64,000 bases of DNA from Octopus vulgaris (lineage: Eukaryota), in NCBI GenBank assembly GCA_951406725.2, contig OX597820.1, positions 98,952,001 to 99,016,000 of the forward strand, read 5' to 3'. Below the pieces are notes generated by a model that was not told the DNA's origin, made no database searches, and saw nothing but the letters and a program-made list of their open reading frames with translations. Shown here piece by piece: positions 52,697 to 64,000 of this stretch (position 1 is the first letter of the stretch; every line of letters starts with the position of its first letter). Made by a program: the position numbers and the translations under genes.

Positions 52697-53001
52697 AAGG
52701 GTAAAGACCCCCTTCGATCATGAATAGCCATGGTATTGCACCTAGAAAGTTCCTCTTCGAGGCACAAGTCTGGGCAAGGTTGTTTATGGAAGGCCAGCAG
52801 TCGCCCATGCATACCAGCCTCTCCTCTCCTTGCCACTGATGTTATCCGAGGGAAAGGCAAAGGCCGATACAGCTTGGCACAAGTGACACTGCAACTCATT
52901 TCTACAGCTGAGCGAACTGGAACAACGTGAAAATAGTGTCTTGCTCAAAAACACAATGCACAGCCCGGTCTGGGAATCGAACTCACTACCTCATGATTGT
53001 G
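52697..53001 (-). mobile_element. SINE family C
   Basis: Reverse-complement match to 47778-48107. Confidence 0.85.
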
Positions 53002-53210
53002 CCGGGGCCAATGTTTGTGGGAATGCCTATGGTAATTACTATGCATGTATCCAGAAATAGCCTGATATCTGAAAGCGCACGCTGACCTGTTCTTTGAAGC
53101 CGCTTGGGTGAGGTTTTGTGTATATTTGGGCTCACGTGGTGAATGCCTGAAACTGCCACTGCTTTTTCCCAGACAAAAAGACAAACCAGACTGTGATACT
53201 TTAAATAAAC

Positions 53211-53211
53211 T

Positions 53212-53263
<52 letters not shown>

Positions 53264-53350
53264 CACAGACAGACAGGCAGACACACAGACACACAGACAG
53301 ACAGACAGACACGCAGGCAGATAGACAGACAGACTGACAGACAGACAGAC

Positions 53351-53417
<67 letters not shown>

Positions 53418-53432
53418 CAGACACACAGACAC

Positions 53433-53523
<91 letters not shown>

Positions 53524-53540
53524 CAGACACACAGACACAC

Positions 53541-53633
<93 letters not shown>
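53211..53633. repeat. (GACA)n/(GATA)n compound microsatellite
   Basis: Directly visible. Confidence 0.95.
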
Positions 53634-53634
<1 letters not shown>

Positions 53635-54020
53635 AGACAACAGGAAATTATGAAAACTAGCGAAAGAAAAATGGAAGCCAGATAAAGATTCGGGGGAAGG
53701 GGATAAGAGATAAACGTGAAAAACACGAGTCATTTATCAAAAACTGAAACGGCACCTGTTGTAGGAAAATTTAGAAGAACGAGAGATGGGTAGGAAGACG
53801 GGAAGAAAGTTAGTTATGGAATGGGGGTCTCTAGAAAGATTATTTTGCCGGGGTAATAAAATGTTAAGAAGTTCATCTTAGATCCAAGATAACTGTATCT
53901 TCTCAATTATCTCTATGTTAATCTAGTGATAAAAAGTGATAGACATATGATGGTAGCGGGGTGGATAGTGTCGAATGTATATATGAGTGTGTATGTGTGT
54001 GTGTTTACATATGCATACTT

Positions 54021-54100
<80 letters not shown>

Positions 54101-54391
54101 TTATACTTCGTTTTTGTATCTGGCTTGCAAGTGTTTTTATGTGAAATTGGGTGTCGAAGCAATTTTCTTTTTTTGTCTGGGGAGAGCCATATTGCCTTAA
54201 TATGTAACACACACATTTGTTCAATTTATAATTTATATTTTCTGTCAACATCCATTGGCAAGGTTGCAAAATATATGAATAATAAATGTGTGGAAATCGA
54301 ACCGTAATGTGTGTTACATATTAAGGCATTAAGGCAGACACAACAATATATATATATTGTCTTCCCTTCTCTGGATCTTTCCTTCTCCTAT

Positions 54392-54426
54392 GTTTCCGAC
54401 GAAGAGCTCCGCTCGAAACGTTAAAC
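54392..54426 (+). ncRNA. Compact minimal hammerhead ribozyme (U4C variant)
   Basis: gttt-CCGACGA-a-gagc-tcc-gctc-GAAAC-GTT-aaac; perfect 4-bp stems I and II; AACGTT palindrome; within a (TA)n-flanked island 54357-54528. Confidence 0.75.
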
Positions 54427-54526
54427 CCTCCTTCTTCCCTTCCTTCCTGAGCGTCCAATACTACTATATTTGTTCCACGTCCTCGCGTTGTTGTGTTTTC
54501 TCTTTGTGTTTTCATGTTTGGATTAA

Positions 54527-54570
<44 letters not shown>

Positions 54571-54612
54571 TATATACATATATATACATATATACATGCA
54601 TACGTATATATA

Positions 54613-54995
54613 TTCTTTTATTTGTTTCAGTCATTTGACTGAGGCCATGCTGAAGCACCCCCTTTTAGTCCAAGAAATCGACCCCTGGACTTATTCTTTG
54701 TAAGCCTGGTACTTATTCAATTGTTCTCTTCTGCCGAACCGCTAAGTTATGGAGAGGTAAATACACCAACATCGGTTTTCAAGCGATGATGCGGGGGGGG
54801 AGGGACAAAGACAGATACAAAGACACACACATACATACATATATATACCACGGTCTTCTCTCAGTTTCCGTCTACAAAATTCACTCACAAGGCTTTGGTC
54901 GGCTCGAGGGTATAGTAGCCGATTACTTGTCCAAGGTGCCATGCAGTGGGACTGAACCCGGAACCACGTGGCTGGGAAGCAAGCTTCTTACCATT
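54613..54995 (-). mobile_element. SINE family A
   Basis: Reverse-complement match to the other family A copies. Confidence 0.85.
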
Positions 54996-55619
54996 CGCGC
55001 ACACACACACATACACACACACACACATACACACACACACACATACACACATATATATATATATATGGATGTATATATATATATAGAGAGAGAGAGAGAC
55101 AAAAACAAACAGACAGACAGATAGACAGAGATGATCATGATTAAAATATCGAATGAAAAGTGGTCAAATTGCTCTATTAAAGCAAGCAGTTACGAGATGC
55201 ACCGAAAAACTCTTCTCGCGATATTTATGACCAAATTTTAAGGCCTTATTTTTATGCTTGTACTTTATTTTCTTTGAGCACTGGATGAAGCAATCTGTTG
55301 ACATACGGTATATAATCTAGTTAAGCATTTTGTAAAGGAACTGATGACAATTTTATAGTCTTTGAAAGTACTCCTCCATTGATGAAGCGCTCACGGAAAT
55401 ACAATAGGTATATTTGGCGAGTGAAGGTATATTTGGCTTGGAAAGTAAATTTCATTAAGTTTATCATTATTTGTATTGACGAAACTTAGTCAATGACCAA
55501 TAAAGCCGTTGGCACTACAAAGCTATTTGGAAGCTTTGGGGATTGTCCTCTGATAAAAACATTATACAAGAATCGTTGAATGGAAAAACTTTAAACCTGA
55601 AACATTATATTTAATCCCA

Positions 55620-55810
55620 AGGCCTGAATTTTATGGTAAGTGGTCCAGTCGACATCATCAACTCCAATACTAGACTAGTACTTCTTTTATCGACCTCGAA
55701 AAGATGAAAAACCAAGTCGACCTCGGCGGAATTTGAACTTAGAACGAATAGCCGGAAGAAATATCACTAAGCATTTTGTCCGGCGTGTTAACGATTCTGC
55801 TGGCTCGCCA
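55620..55810 (-). mobile_element. SINE family D
   Basis: aagtcgacctcggcggaatttgaactt...cggcgtgttaacgattctgc. Confidence 0.8.
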
Positions 55811-56362
55811 CATGAGCGTGTTATATTAATGGCTATGAAATGAGTCAATAAAATTAGGACAGAATCATTAAACAGTTGAGAATTCAGAGTCTACTGTGAG
55901 ATATTAGTTTTGGAATATGTTGATCATGTCTTCCATTGAGAAATGCGATGGCTTTCTTGATCACAAGTTCTGAATGGATTTTGAAAACTGAAAAATTACC
56001 GTTCATCATTTTTACAAAATAAAAATGAGGTACTCGTGAACAAGAGTCCCTTTATGTGATATCAATTAGTTAGTCAGTCTAACACCTTCATCGATGCACC
56101 CAATGATTAATATTTGAACTGAAGGATGAGAACAAATTGTTTCTTAAAATAGTAAATGTATTCAAGATTGGATTGAATCTGTTTGTTTATCTCTTAGACG
56201 ATGAGGATGTGAATCAGTTTCAGCACTTAATAGAGTAGAGTGAATGTACTTAGGATTTTACAAAATGTTTAAAATATCAGATTATAACAAGTCTCATTTA
56301 AAAGTCGGTTTCATGAATTTGCTGAAGGCATTTTCATACGAGCTTTCATAAACTCATTTTCA

Positions 56363-56712
56363 CTTGCTTCTTGCTTGCTTGCTTCATTCTCTTACTTGAT
56401 GGGGCTGGGGGGTCATCACAGGTTAGCGATCCCTGAGACGTCATCATGCGTAGAGCCGACCTGGTTCACCAGTGGATCTCCACTGCAGGCGGCGCTATGC
56501 CAGCACGTCTGCATCCTCCAAGGTGAAATCGAGCCTCTGGAGATCTTCCCCAATCACGTCCAGCCATCTGGTGTGGGCCCTGCCACGATACCTCTTCCAA
56601 CCTGCAGCTACTGCCTCAAATTAGAGTAAAGCCCTGGTAGGATGATCTAGCAGCAGACTGAGAACATGCAACGGATGGGAGGCTGCGGGCTGATGCATGG
56701 GCACACGCAGTT
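56363..56712 (-). mobile_element. RTE-type LINE 3' end with (AAGC)n tail
   Basis: GWKRYRGRAHTRWLDVIGEDLQRLDFTLEDA; near-identical copy at 61739-61980. Confidence 0.8.
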
Positions 56713-57182
56713 CTTAGTGAATAAATACCATGTTGAAATACAAATGGAATTTTTTTACTTCAAAACAGATTCATTGTTGAAAATTAAATTCCATGGGCTT
56801 CTCACAGATCCAAATGCTGATGAAATTATCAAAATCTACTGGCCATTATTTTTTTTTTTTTTTTATCATTTTTCTCTTTTCTTCAAAAATAAGCAAATTT
56901 GTCCAGAGTTACATCTGACGTTTCAGAACGGCGTACAGATGTGAACAAATATTTTCATTCATGAAACTAAATATTTTCATTCATGAAAATAAAAACAAAA
57001 ACTAGGTCATGATTGACTGGTTCAAATTTGAAGAATTCTTTGCTATTCACAGTCACTAATATCACTCTAAACGTTAAAAAGCTTGATGGAATCAAAACAA
57101 ATTCAAAAGTTTCATTAAAATAAGTGATGTTTACACTGTCTATAGTAATAAAAACATTGTGTCCTGTAAAAATAACTAAATA

Positions 57183-57315
57183 CTGGGGGTGTCTCATAAT
57201 GATGGACCTTCCCTGCTGATGTGTTGCGCTGTACAATCTATGGTTGCCATGACAGGGAAAATGCGTGAATGTTCGCCAGCGTTCAAAAAGTGTCTGATCT
57301 TTATGAGACATCCAG
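57183..57315. mobile_element. Possible small Tc1/mariner-type MITE
   Basis: ta-ctgggggtgtctcataa ... ttatgagacatccag-ta imperfect inverted ends. Confidence 0.4.
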
Positions 57316-57332
57316 TAATCTTTTATCATGTA

Positions 57333-57599
57333 TTTTTTACTTGTTTCACTCATTGAACGGCAGCCATGCTGGGATACTGCCATAAAGGGTTAGAATCGAA
57401 CGAATCGACCCCACTACTTATTTTTTTTAACCTGTTACTAATTCTGTCTTTCTCTTTTGTCGAACCAAGTCACGGTGACGTAAAAAAAACAGTCTCAAAA
57501 GACGGTGGAGGGCAAATATACACAGAAATACACACGAACACACACACACGTATGTATGTATGTATGTATGTATGTATGTATGTATGTATGTATGTATGC

Positions 57600-57630
<31 letters not shown>

Positions 57631-57812
57631 TGTATGTATGTATGTATGCGACGGGGTTTTTTCACTTTCAGTCTGCATAACCACTCACAAGGTTTTTGTC
57701 GGCTCGGGGCTATAGCGGAAGACACTTGCCCATAATGTTGCGCAGTAAGACTGAACTTGGAACCATGTAGTTGAGAATCAAGCTTCTTACCACATAGCCA
57801 CGCCGGCTCCTA
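57333..57812 (-). mobile_element. SINE family A, diverged, with internal (TATG)n
   Basis: ttttacttgtttcactcattg...gaagacacttgccca...gaaccatgt. Confidence 0.75.
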
Positions 57813-58489
57813 TATTTGTATTAACATAATTTGCGCAGGACTTGAACGAGTGGGAGAGTACAATTCATGCATGGCTCATCTGAACTCAAGAGTGAAAAAG
57901 AATTTGGCGCAAAGAATGTAAGATAGTAACCACTCTGCACTACACGGTCGATTGACCTTCTAAAAATCGTAACTACATCACCCTCAATTTATAAACTGTC
58001 GTCTTTAAACAAAATAACATATTAAATTATTTAATCCTAGATATTCTACGTCTGAATAAAGACTGTGATAGTCATCGTTGGAATATCTTTGGTCATAGAG
58101 CTTATCGATCGGAGCCGATCCAAGCTATACAATGATAACAAATAAATATACCCTATATAGGCAACTTGATTCGCATTACAACCTCTTACTGAATTCTACC
58201 TTTCCATTCATAACTTGTCAGCAATTTTTATACCTTTACTTTTACTTTCACTTTCGTTTCAGCTAGAGGTTGTGGTCACGTTCAAGCACTGGCAAATCAC
58301 CTTTTTTATTACGAGCAGTTACTGTAGCTACATTAATTACTGTTGTTTTTTTGCTTTGTTTTGTTTTGTTTTTGTGCTGTATTATTCTTTTAAGTAACAT
58401 GTACTGAGTTTACTACCTCAGTACGCCAAACTAAGCAAAGGGTTGGTGTGGTTTTTATTCCTTTGCACACAAACGTACGAACCTATGTA

Positions 58490-58566
<77 letters not shown>

Positions 58567-58724
58567 AACATGTACACACACACACATATATCCAAGCATA
58601 TATGTACATATGTATGAAAGTATGAACGAATGTATATGTATATGTATATGTAAGTATTATATGTATGTTGGTTAGTTAGTAGATATATATGTATGTACGT
58701 ATGTCTATACAAATCTATGTATAA

Positions 58725-58774
<50 letters not shown>

Positions 58775-58952
58775 GTATTATGTATGGATTCAGAGAGAGA
58801 GAGAGATACATATATATCTATATATGTGTGTATTATGTAAATGTATATGCATATGCAAATACACGTGTAAACTCATACATAAACACACATGCACACATAC
58901 CTGCTGCCTACCTACCTACTTACATACATACATACATGCATACATACATACA

Positions 58953-58987
<35 letters not shown>

Positions 58988-59457
58988 GCATGTATGTATG
59001 TATGTATGTATGTATGCATGCATGCATGCATGTATGTATGTATGTATGTATGTATGTATGTATGCATGCATGTATGTATGTATGTATGTATGTATGTATG
59101 TATGTATGTATGTATTGATAGCATTACATCAGCGTCATTCTAATCTCTGTTGCAAAACACCGTTTGAAGTGAGTGACAACATAACCGCCTCATTGAACTG
59201 GATGACCCTACCCAGCACCTGTTCTGCGAACATGAGATGAGACAACACCCTATCACTTCCGCTTCATAAGTTCAATTCTTGATATACTACATCCAACAGT
59301 TTCGTACACATTTTCTTTGAAATTATGTTTCAAAATATTTCTAATCTCTTAAGTTTGACACAAATAGACCCCCTTATTACTCTCCTTCTCTGTCTGTTTG
59401 TCTGTCTGTCTGTTTCTCTCTTTCTCTCCCCCCCCCTCTCTCTCTCTCTCTGTATAT

Positions 59458-59657
59458 ACTCTTTTACTCTTTTACTTGTTTCAGTCATTTGACTGCGGCC
59501 ATGCTGGAGCACCGCCTTTAGTCGAGAAAATCGACCCCGGGATTTATTTTTTGTAAGCCCAGTACTTATTCTATCGGTCTCTTGTGCCGAACCGCTAAGT
59601 GACGGGGACGTAAACACCAGCATCGGTTGTCAAGCAATGCTAGGGGGACAAACACAG

Positions 59658-59720
<63 letters not shown>

Positions 59721-59830
59721 TACGACAGGCTTCTTTCAGTTTCCGTCTACCAAATCCACTCACAAGGCATTGGTCGGCCCGGGACTATAGCAGAAGACAC
59801 TTGCCCAAGATGCCTCGCAGTGGGACTGAA
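59458..59830 (-). mobile_element. SINE family A
   Basis: Little-diverged copy with the head truncated. Confidence 0.9.
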
Positions 59831-60478
59831 CATATATATATATATGTATATATGCACATATATACATATATATACGTATATATGCACATATATACATATA
59901 CATAAATATATGTGTGTGAGTATCTGTGTGTGTGTGTGAGAGAGAGATAGAATGAGAGAAAGGGAGAACATACCCACGCACACACATGCACACACACACA
60001 CACACACACACATATGATATATGTTTAGCACAATATGCGGCCGTAATGGAAGCAACCAACATTGGATAAGACGAACCTCTGTCATCAGGGTAGAAAAGTT
60101 CTTACATTTCAGATTTTAATGCAGAGAAGTTCAAAGATGGAATGATTAAATATGGAGAGCTAGCCTTATAAGAGGGGGAAGTAGGAGGGTCGGTGGGATT
60201 ATTAATCCATTGTCATTAAGGACAGGCGGAGGTCAGAACATAACACCAGTAAAATCTGTTAAAATCTGTTAGTAAATAGGAAAATAAAAGAAAATTGTGT
60301 ACTAAAATCTTCGTTGTTATGTTTAAGAACTAAGCTTTTAAATTTCTTACGGTGGTCACATGACGGTTGAAGAAGCCCACAATGCGTAACTGAAAACTTT
60401 CAAGCATGCATTTTTCTAAGCTAACAGATAGTTTGTGACCGCAAAAGTTCACCACACTTTTATAGTTTTATTATGCGA

Positions 60479-61146
60479 CTAGCTGACATACCCAGCAATT
60501 CCCGGGAAAGCGCGGCTTATCCCTTGGTTCCGTTCTCGTAATTGTTTCACTAATCCAATAACAACAAAACAAAATGTGTAGCCCTTAAAACGGTTTTTGT
60601 GCATTTACAGAGAATACAGAACTGTCTTACACAAGACCTCGTTTTTAGGAATTCCCAATAAGTTATGAATACCCAAATTGTGAAATCAATTATGTAATAA
60701 AATGAAATTAGTTACCCGATAGTAAGAATTCAAATAAAGTAGCCCCGAAAAATGCGTTCTCAGAGTATATAGAACATAGAAGGAAATACCAATAAGGTAT
60801 ATATACTAAAATTGTGAAGCATGTTACGAAATAACAGACTAATCAGATATGAGATAATAACAATTCAAAGTAAATAACTCTGAAAAGGTCTTTTCTGCGT
60901 TCCCAGAGAATATTACCCTCAGGGGCGCTAGTGTTGGTATATTCGTGAATAAGTCACTAACCGAAATAAGTGGATTTGTTGTTTAGGAAAATTCTATTTA
61001 CTTGTTTAAGGGTTGTACTGGATAAATTGCGAAAATAACTCTAACAGTTCAAATACTAAGAAATAAGTATACTCAATTTCATTTTTACCAAATAATTTAG
61101 GAGAATGAATGGGTTATTTTCCTTGGTTTTTAAAATAAAACATATT

Positions 61147-61149
<3 letters not shown>
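60479..61149 (-). mobile_element. Non-autonomous Helitron
   Basis: 3' hairpin cccgg-gaattg-ctggg then CTAG followed by T; candidate 5' TC at 61149; degenerate internal repeats. Confidence 0.6.
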
Positions 61150-61184
<35 letters not shown>

Positions 61185-61339
61185 ATCCCTTCCAGGGAGC
61201 CTATTATCGACTTTTTCAACAATCTGAGTATGTCATGAGGTTTCCAGACATGAATTCATGTGGACTGTCGCGGTGTTGTTTGAGTTATTCGGCTCTATCT
61301 CTTCCGGATAGGGAGTTCGATAGGATCCAAGAGTGAACA

Positions 61340-61620
61340 GTGTGATATGGAGGACATGTTGCTGCCATGCAGCATGTCTCCTTCTCAACGCCACTGACTG
61401 ATCCAAAGGAACAGCACTGCCGTTACAATTTGGCACCAGCGTCGTCGCAGGAGTTGCCAGAACGAGGTTGTAGACAACGGCGAACAGCCTTAGGGATCTC
61501 GACTCCCGATAGTTTCCTCAAGGCTTACTCTGAAGCTCTTTCTGGTGGTTGGGTATGGCCACAAGGCAGCGGAAGTATTATAAAGCCACAGTAATTCCAC
61601 AGCAAGCGGTTTTAAAATCC
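61340..61620 (-). mobile_element. RTE-like 5' UTR fragment containing a Ceph-domain-like block
   Basis: ctggcaactcctgcgacgacgctggtgccaaattgtaacggc...cctttggatc...tggcgttgagaaggaga...tgcatgg aligns by eye with the central part of SINE C. Confidence 0.6.
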
Positions 61621-61688
61621 AGGTTAAATATAACTTTCAAACTATAGAATTCTACATATCAATTTGCAACGGTCTACATAAGTATATA

Positions 61689-62123
61689 CGAGGAAGTGCT
61701 GAAAATTTCCTGGCTTTAAGGGTATCGCGAAAGCCCTGGCTTGCTTCATTCTCTTACTTGATGGGGATGTGGTCATCACAGGTTAGCGATCCCTGAGACG
61801 TCATCATGCGTAGAGCCGACCTGGTTCCACTGCAGGCGGCGCTATACCAGCCCCTCTGCATCCTCCAAGGTGAAATCGAGCCTCTGGAGACCTTCCCCAA
61901 TCACGTCCAGCCATCTGGTGCGGGCCCTGCCACGATACCTCTTCCAACCTGCAGCTACTGCCTCAAGTGAGAGTAAAGCAAGTCCGAGTTCTTTTACAAG
62001 GCTTAGAAAAACTGACGGACTGCTGCAATAAGTGTGTGAATCCGAGAGGGAGACATGTTGAATAAAATCATAATTAACTGTATTTTCTTTTACCCAAAAT
62101 CTGGGGCTTTTCAGCACCTCTTG
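61689..62123 (+). mobile_element. mariner MITE with nested RTE 3' fragment (61739-61980, minus strand)
   Basis: TA-flanked TIRs; flanks align with the uninterrupted copy at 42929-43113. Confidence 0.8.
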
Positions 62124-62294
62124 TATATAGTTAAGTAATTAACAAATAACGTGTCTGCGAAATGTTATGGAGAATGTACAGATATTTTCATGTTTTTGCA
62201 TCAATAAAATAATTTGTGTCGTGAAGTTGCGCGATATCAGATAAATCACCATTTTACGAAAAATATCACTTAATGGTTCATAGTATGCAGACAT

Positions 62295-62716
62295 ATCTGC
62301 ATGGTGAAGAAGCTTGCTTTACAGCTATGTAGTTCGGGGTTCGGTACCACTACGCGGCACCTTAAGTAAGAGCTTTCTGCCAGTCTCGAAACGACTAATG
62401 TCTTGTAAGTGAATTTAGTTGATGGAAATTTAGTAGTCGTATATATACGTGGTGGTGGGTGGAGGATGTTTGTGCTTTTTCCTTTGTTCTCCCAACATCG
62501 CCTGATAACCGTTGCTGGTTTGTTTACGTCCCACAAACACAAAGACACACACGGGTACATATATATGCGATGCGCTTCTTTCGATTTACGTCTTTTAAAT
62601 CTACCCACAACACTTAGGTCAGCCCGGGGCTATAGAAGAAGGTGCCACGCAGTGTGAGTAAACCTGAAAGCATGTGGTTGGGAAACAAACATCTTATCAC
62701 ACAGCCATGCCTGCGC
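62295..62716. mobile_element. Two diverged SINE A copies in inverted, tail-to-tail orientation
   Basis: Plus copy about 62295-62533 and minus copy about 62533-62716. Confidence 0.6.
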
Positions 62717-62855
62717 ACGCACACACACACACGTGTGTGTATAGTGATATGTGTCTTGTATGTACACACGTACAAATGTTTGTGTGTGTGCGAATGAGTG
62801 TGTGTGTGTGTGTATGTGTGTGCATGTATGAATACAAATATACATATGCATTCCT

Positions 62856-62916
<61 letters not shown>

Positions 62917-63113
62917 TACCTAAGTACGTACATACATACAAACATACATATATTTACATATGTAACCGTGTGTGTGTATATATACATACACACACACACA
63001 TATATATATATATAAGTACATACAAATATATTTACATACAGATATGCCTATAAATATACATATAGAGATAGGATGGGGAGAGGTATATTATCAAAATATA
63101 TTTATATATATAA

Positions 63114-63178
<65 letters not shown>

Positions 63179-63805
63179 ATTTTAATGACCGTGATTCGCT
63201 CCAGTTCTATCTATCCACTGATACAAATCCGAAAGACGGTTTTGTCTTTCTCAGTAGATATTAGATATTACAAAAGAAAGGAGACTTCAGCTTTCCGTTT
63301 GATACGAGTCGCCCGCCTCAATATCGTTCTTATCGCAGTGTTAGATCTATACGAATTAGTTCACAGAAGATGTCTTGAAACTGGTGCGCTTTGAGTAGAA
63401 GAGCGCTGTGGTGTCCCTCCTATTTTTGTTATCTGTCTCGCCTTAAGCTACCCTTGTTATTTAGGGCAAACAAGGGTACCAGAAATATATGAGGTTTGTG
63501 ATTCTCACGACCAGTAATATCCAATCGGAGCAGTTAGGTTGTTCGGTTAGTTTCTTCCTCTTCTCACTCCGCTCCCTTCGTGTTTTTGTTCGGTTTGTTG
63601 GTTTCGTCATTAATATGTAGTGAAGCAGATACCATTTAGATATGCATGCTTGCATGCTTTCCGCCGACCATGTGTGCATGTGTATAAGGAACATGTGTGT
63701 ATATGGGTGTGTATTATGTATGCATATATATATGTGTGTGTGTGTGTATGCATTTATATATGTGTGTGTATATATTGTATGCATATATAGATATATATAC
63801 ATACA

Positions 63806-63853
<48 letters not shown>

Positions 63854-63946
63854 AATATTTATATGTGTGTGTGTGTGTGTGCGTGTGTATTTATGTATGT
63901 GTGTGTGCGTGTGTATGTGTATATACGTGTATATACAAATTTATTT

Positions 63947-64000
63947 TAATATAGGGTAGGACCGCCTTTGGCAATAATTACAGCTTGAATTCTACGAGGT
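63947..64000 (-). pseudogene. Tc1 transposase C-terminus (element continues beyond the window)
   Basis: Minus strand translates PRRIQAVIIAKGGPTLY*. Confidence 0.75.

Noticed and set aside
55337-55377. ggaa-CTGATGA...GAAAGTACTC-ctcc
   Set aside because: Core boxes are present but stem II cannot pair; ambiguous.
60075-60095. CTGATGA box on the minus strand
   Set aside because: No downstream GAAA/NUH half.

Overview
AT-rich, extremely microsatellite-rich eukaryotic non-coding DNA. The tRNA-derived SINE families and the (TA)n/(CATA)n/(TAA)n/(GATA)n density look like a coleoid cephalopod, probably Octopus; this is an inference and was not checked against a database. I can support no host protein-coding exon, and nearly all ORFs in the track are translations of simple repeats. 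The window is a mosaic of decayed mobile DNA: four SINE families (working labels A-D), RTE and R4/Dong-type LINE fragments, a full-length decayed Chapaev3-like transposon with TIRs and a 3-bp TSD, maT (DD37D), mariner, pogo and Tc1 remnants, hAT and mariner MITEs, and non-autonomous Helitrons. The most interesting signal is invisible to the ORF track: about a dozen minimal type-I hammerhead ribozyme (HHR) motifs, of which 3 have intact cores (13285+, 15582-, 23056+) and 2 are near-intact (4980-, 54392+). They sit in unrelated, ORF-less 0.2-1 kb islands inserted mostly into (TA)n microsatellites. Many carry inverted or head-to-tail duplications of their 3' ends and unusually long stem II domains, consistent with Penelope-like pLTR or retrozyme-like elements. 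A second notable element is an RLE-type LINE family whose copies all lie in (CATA)n repeats.
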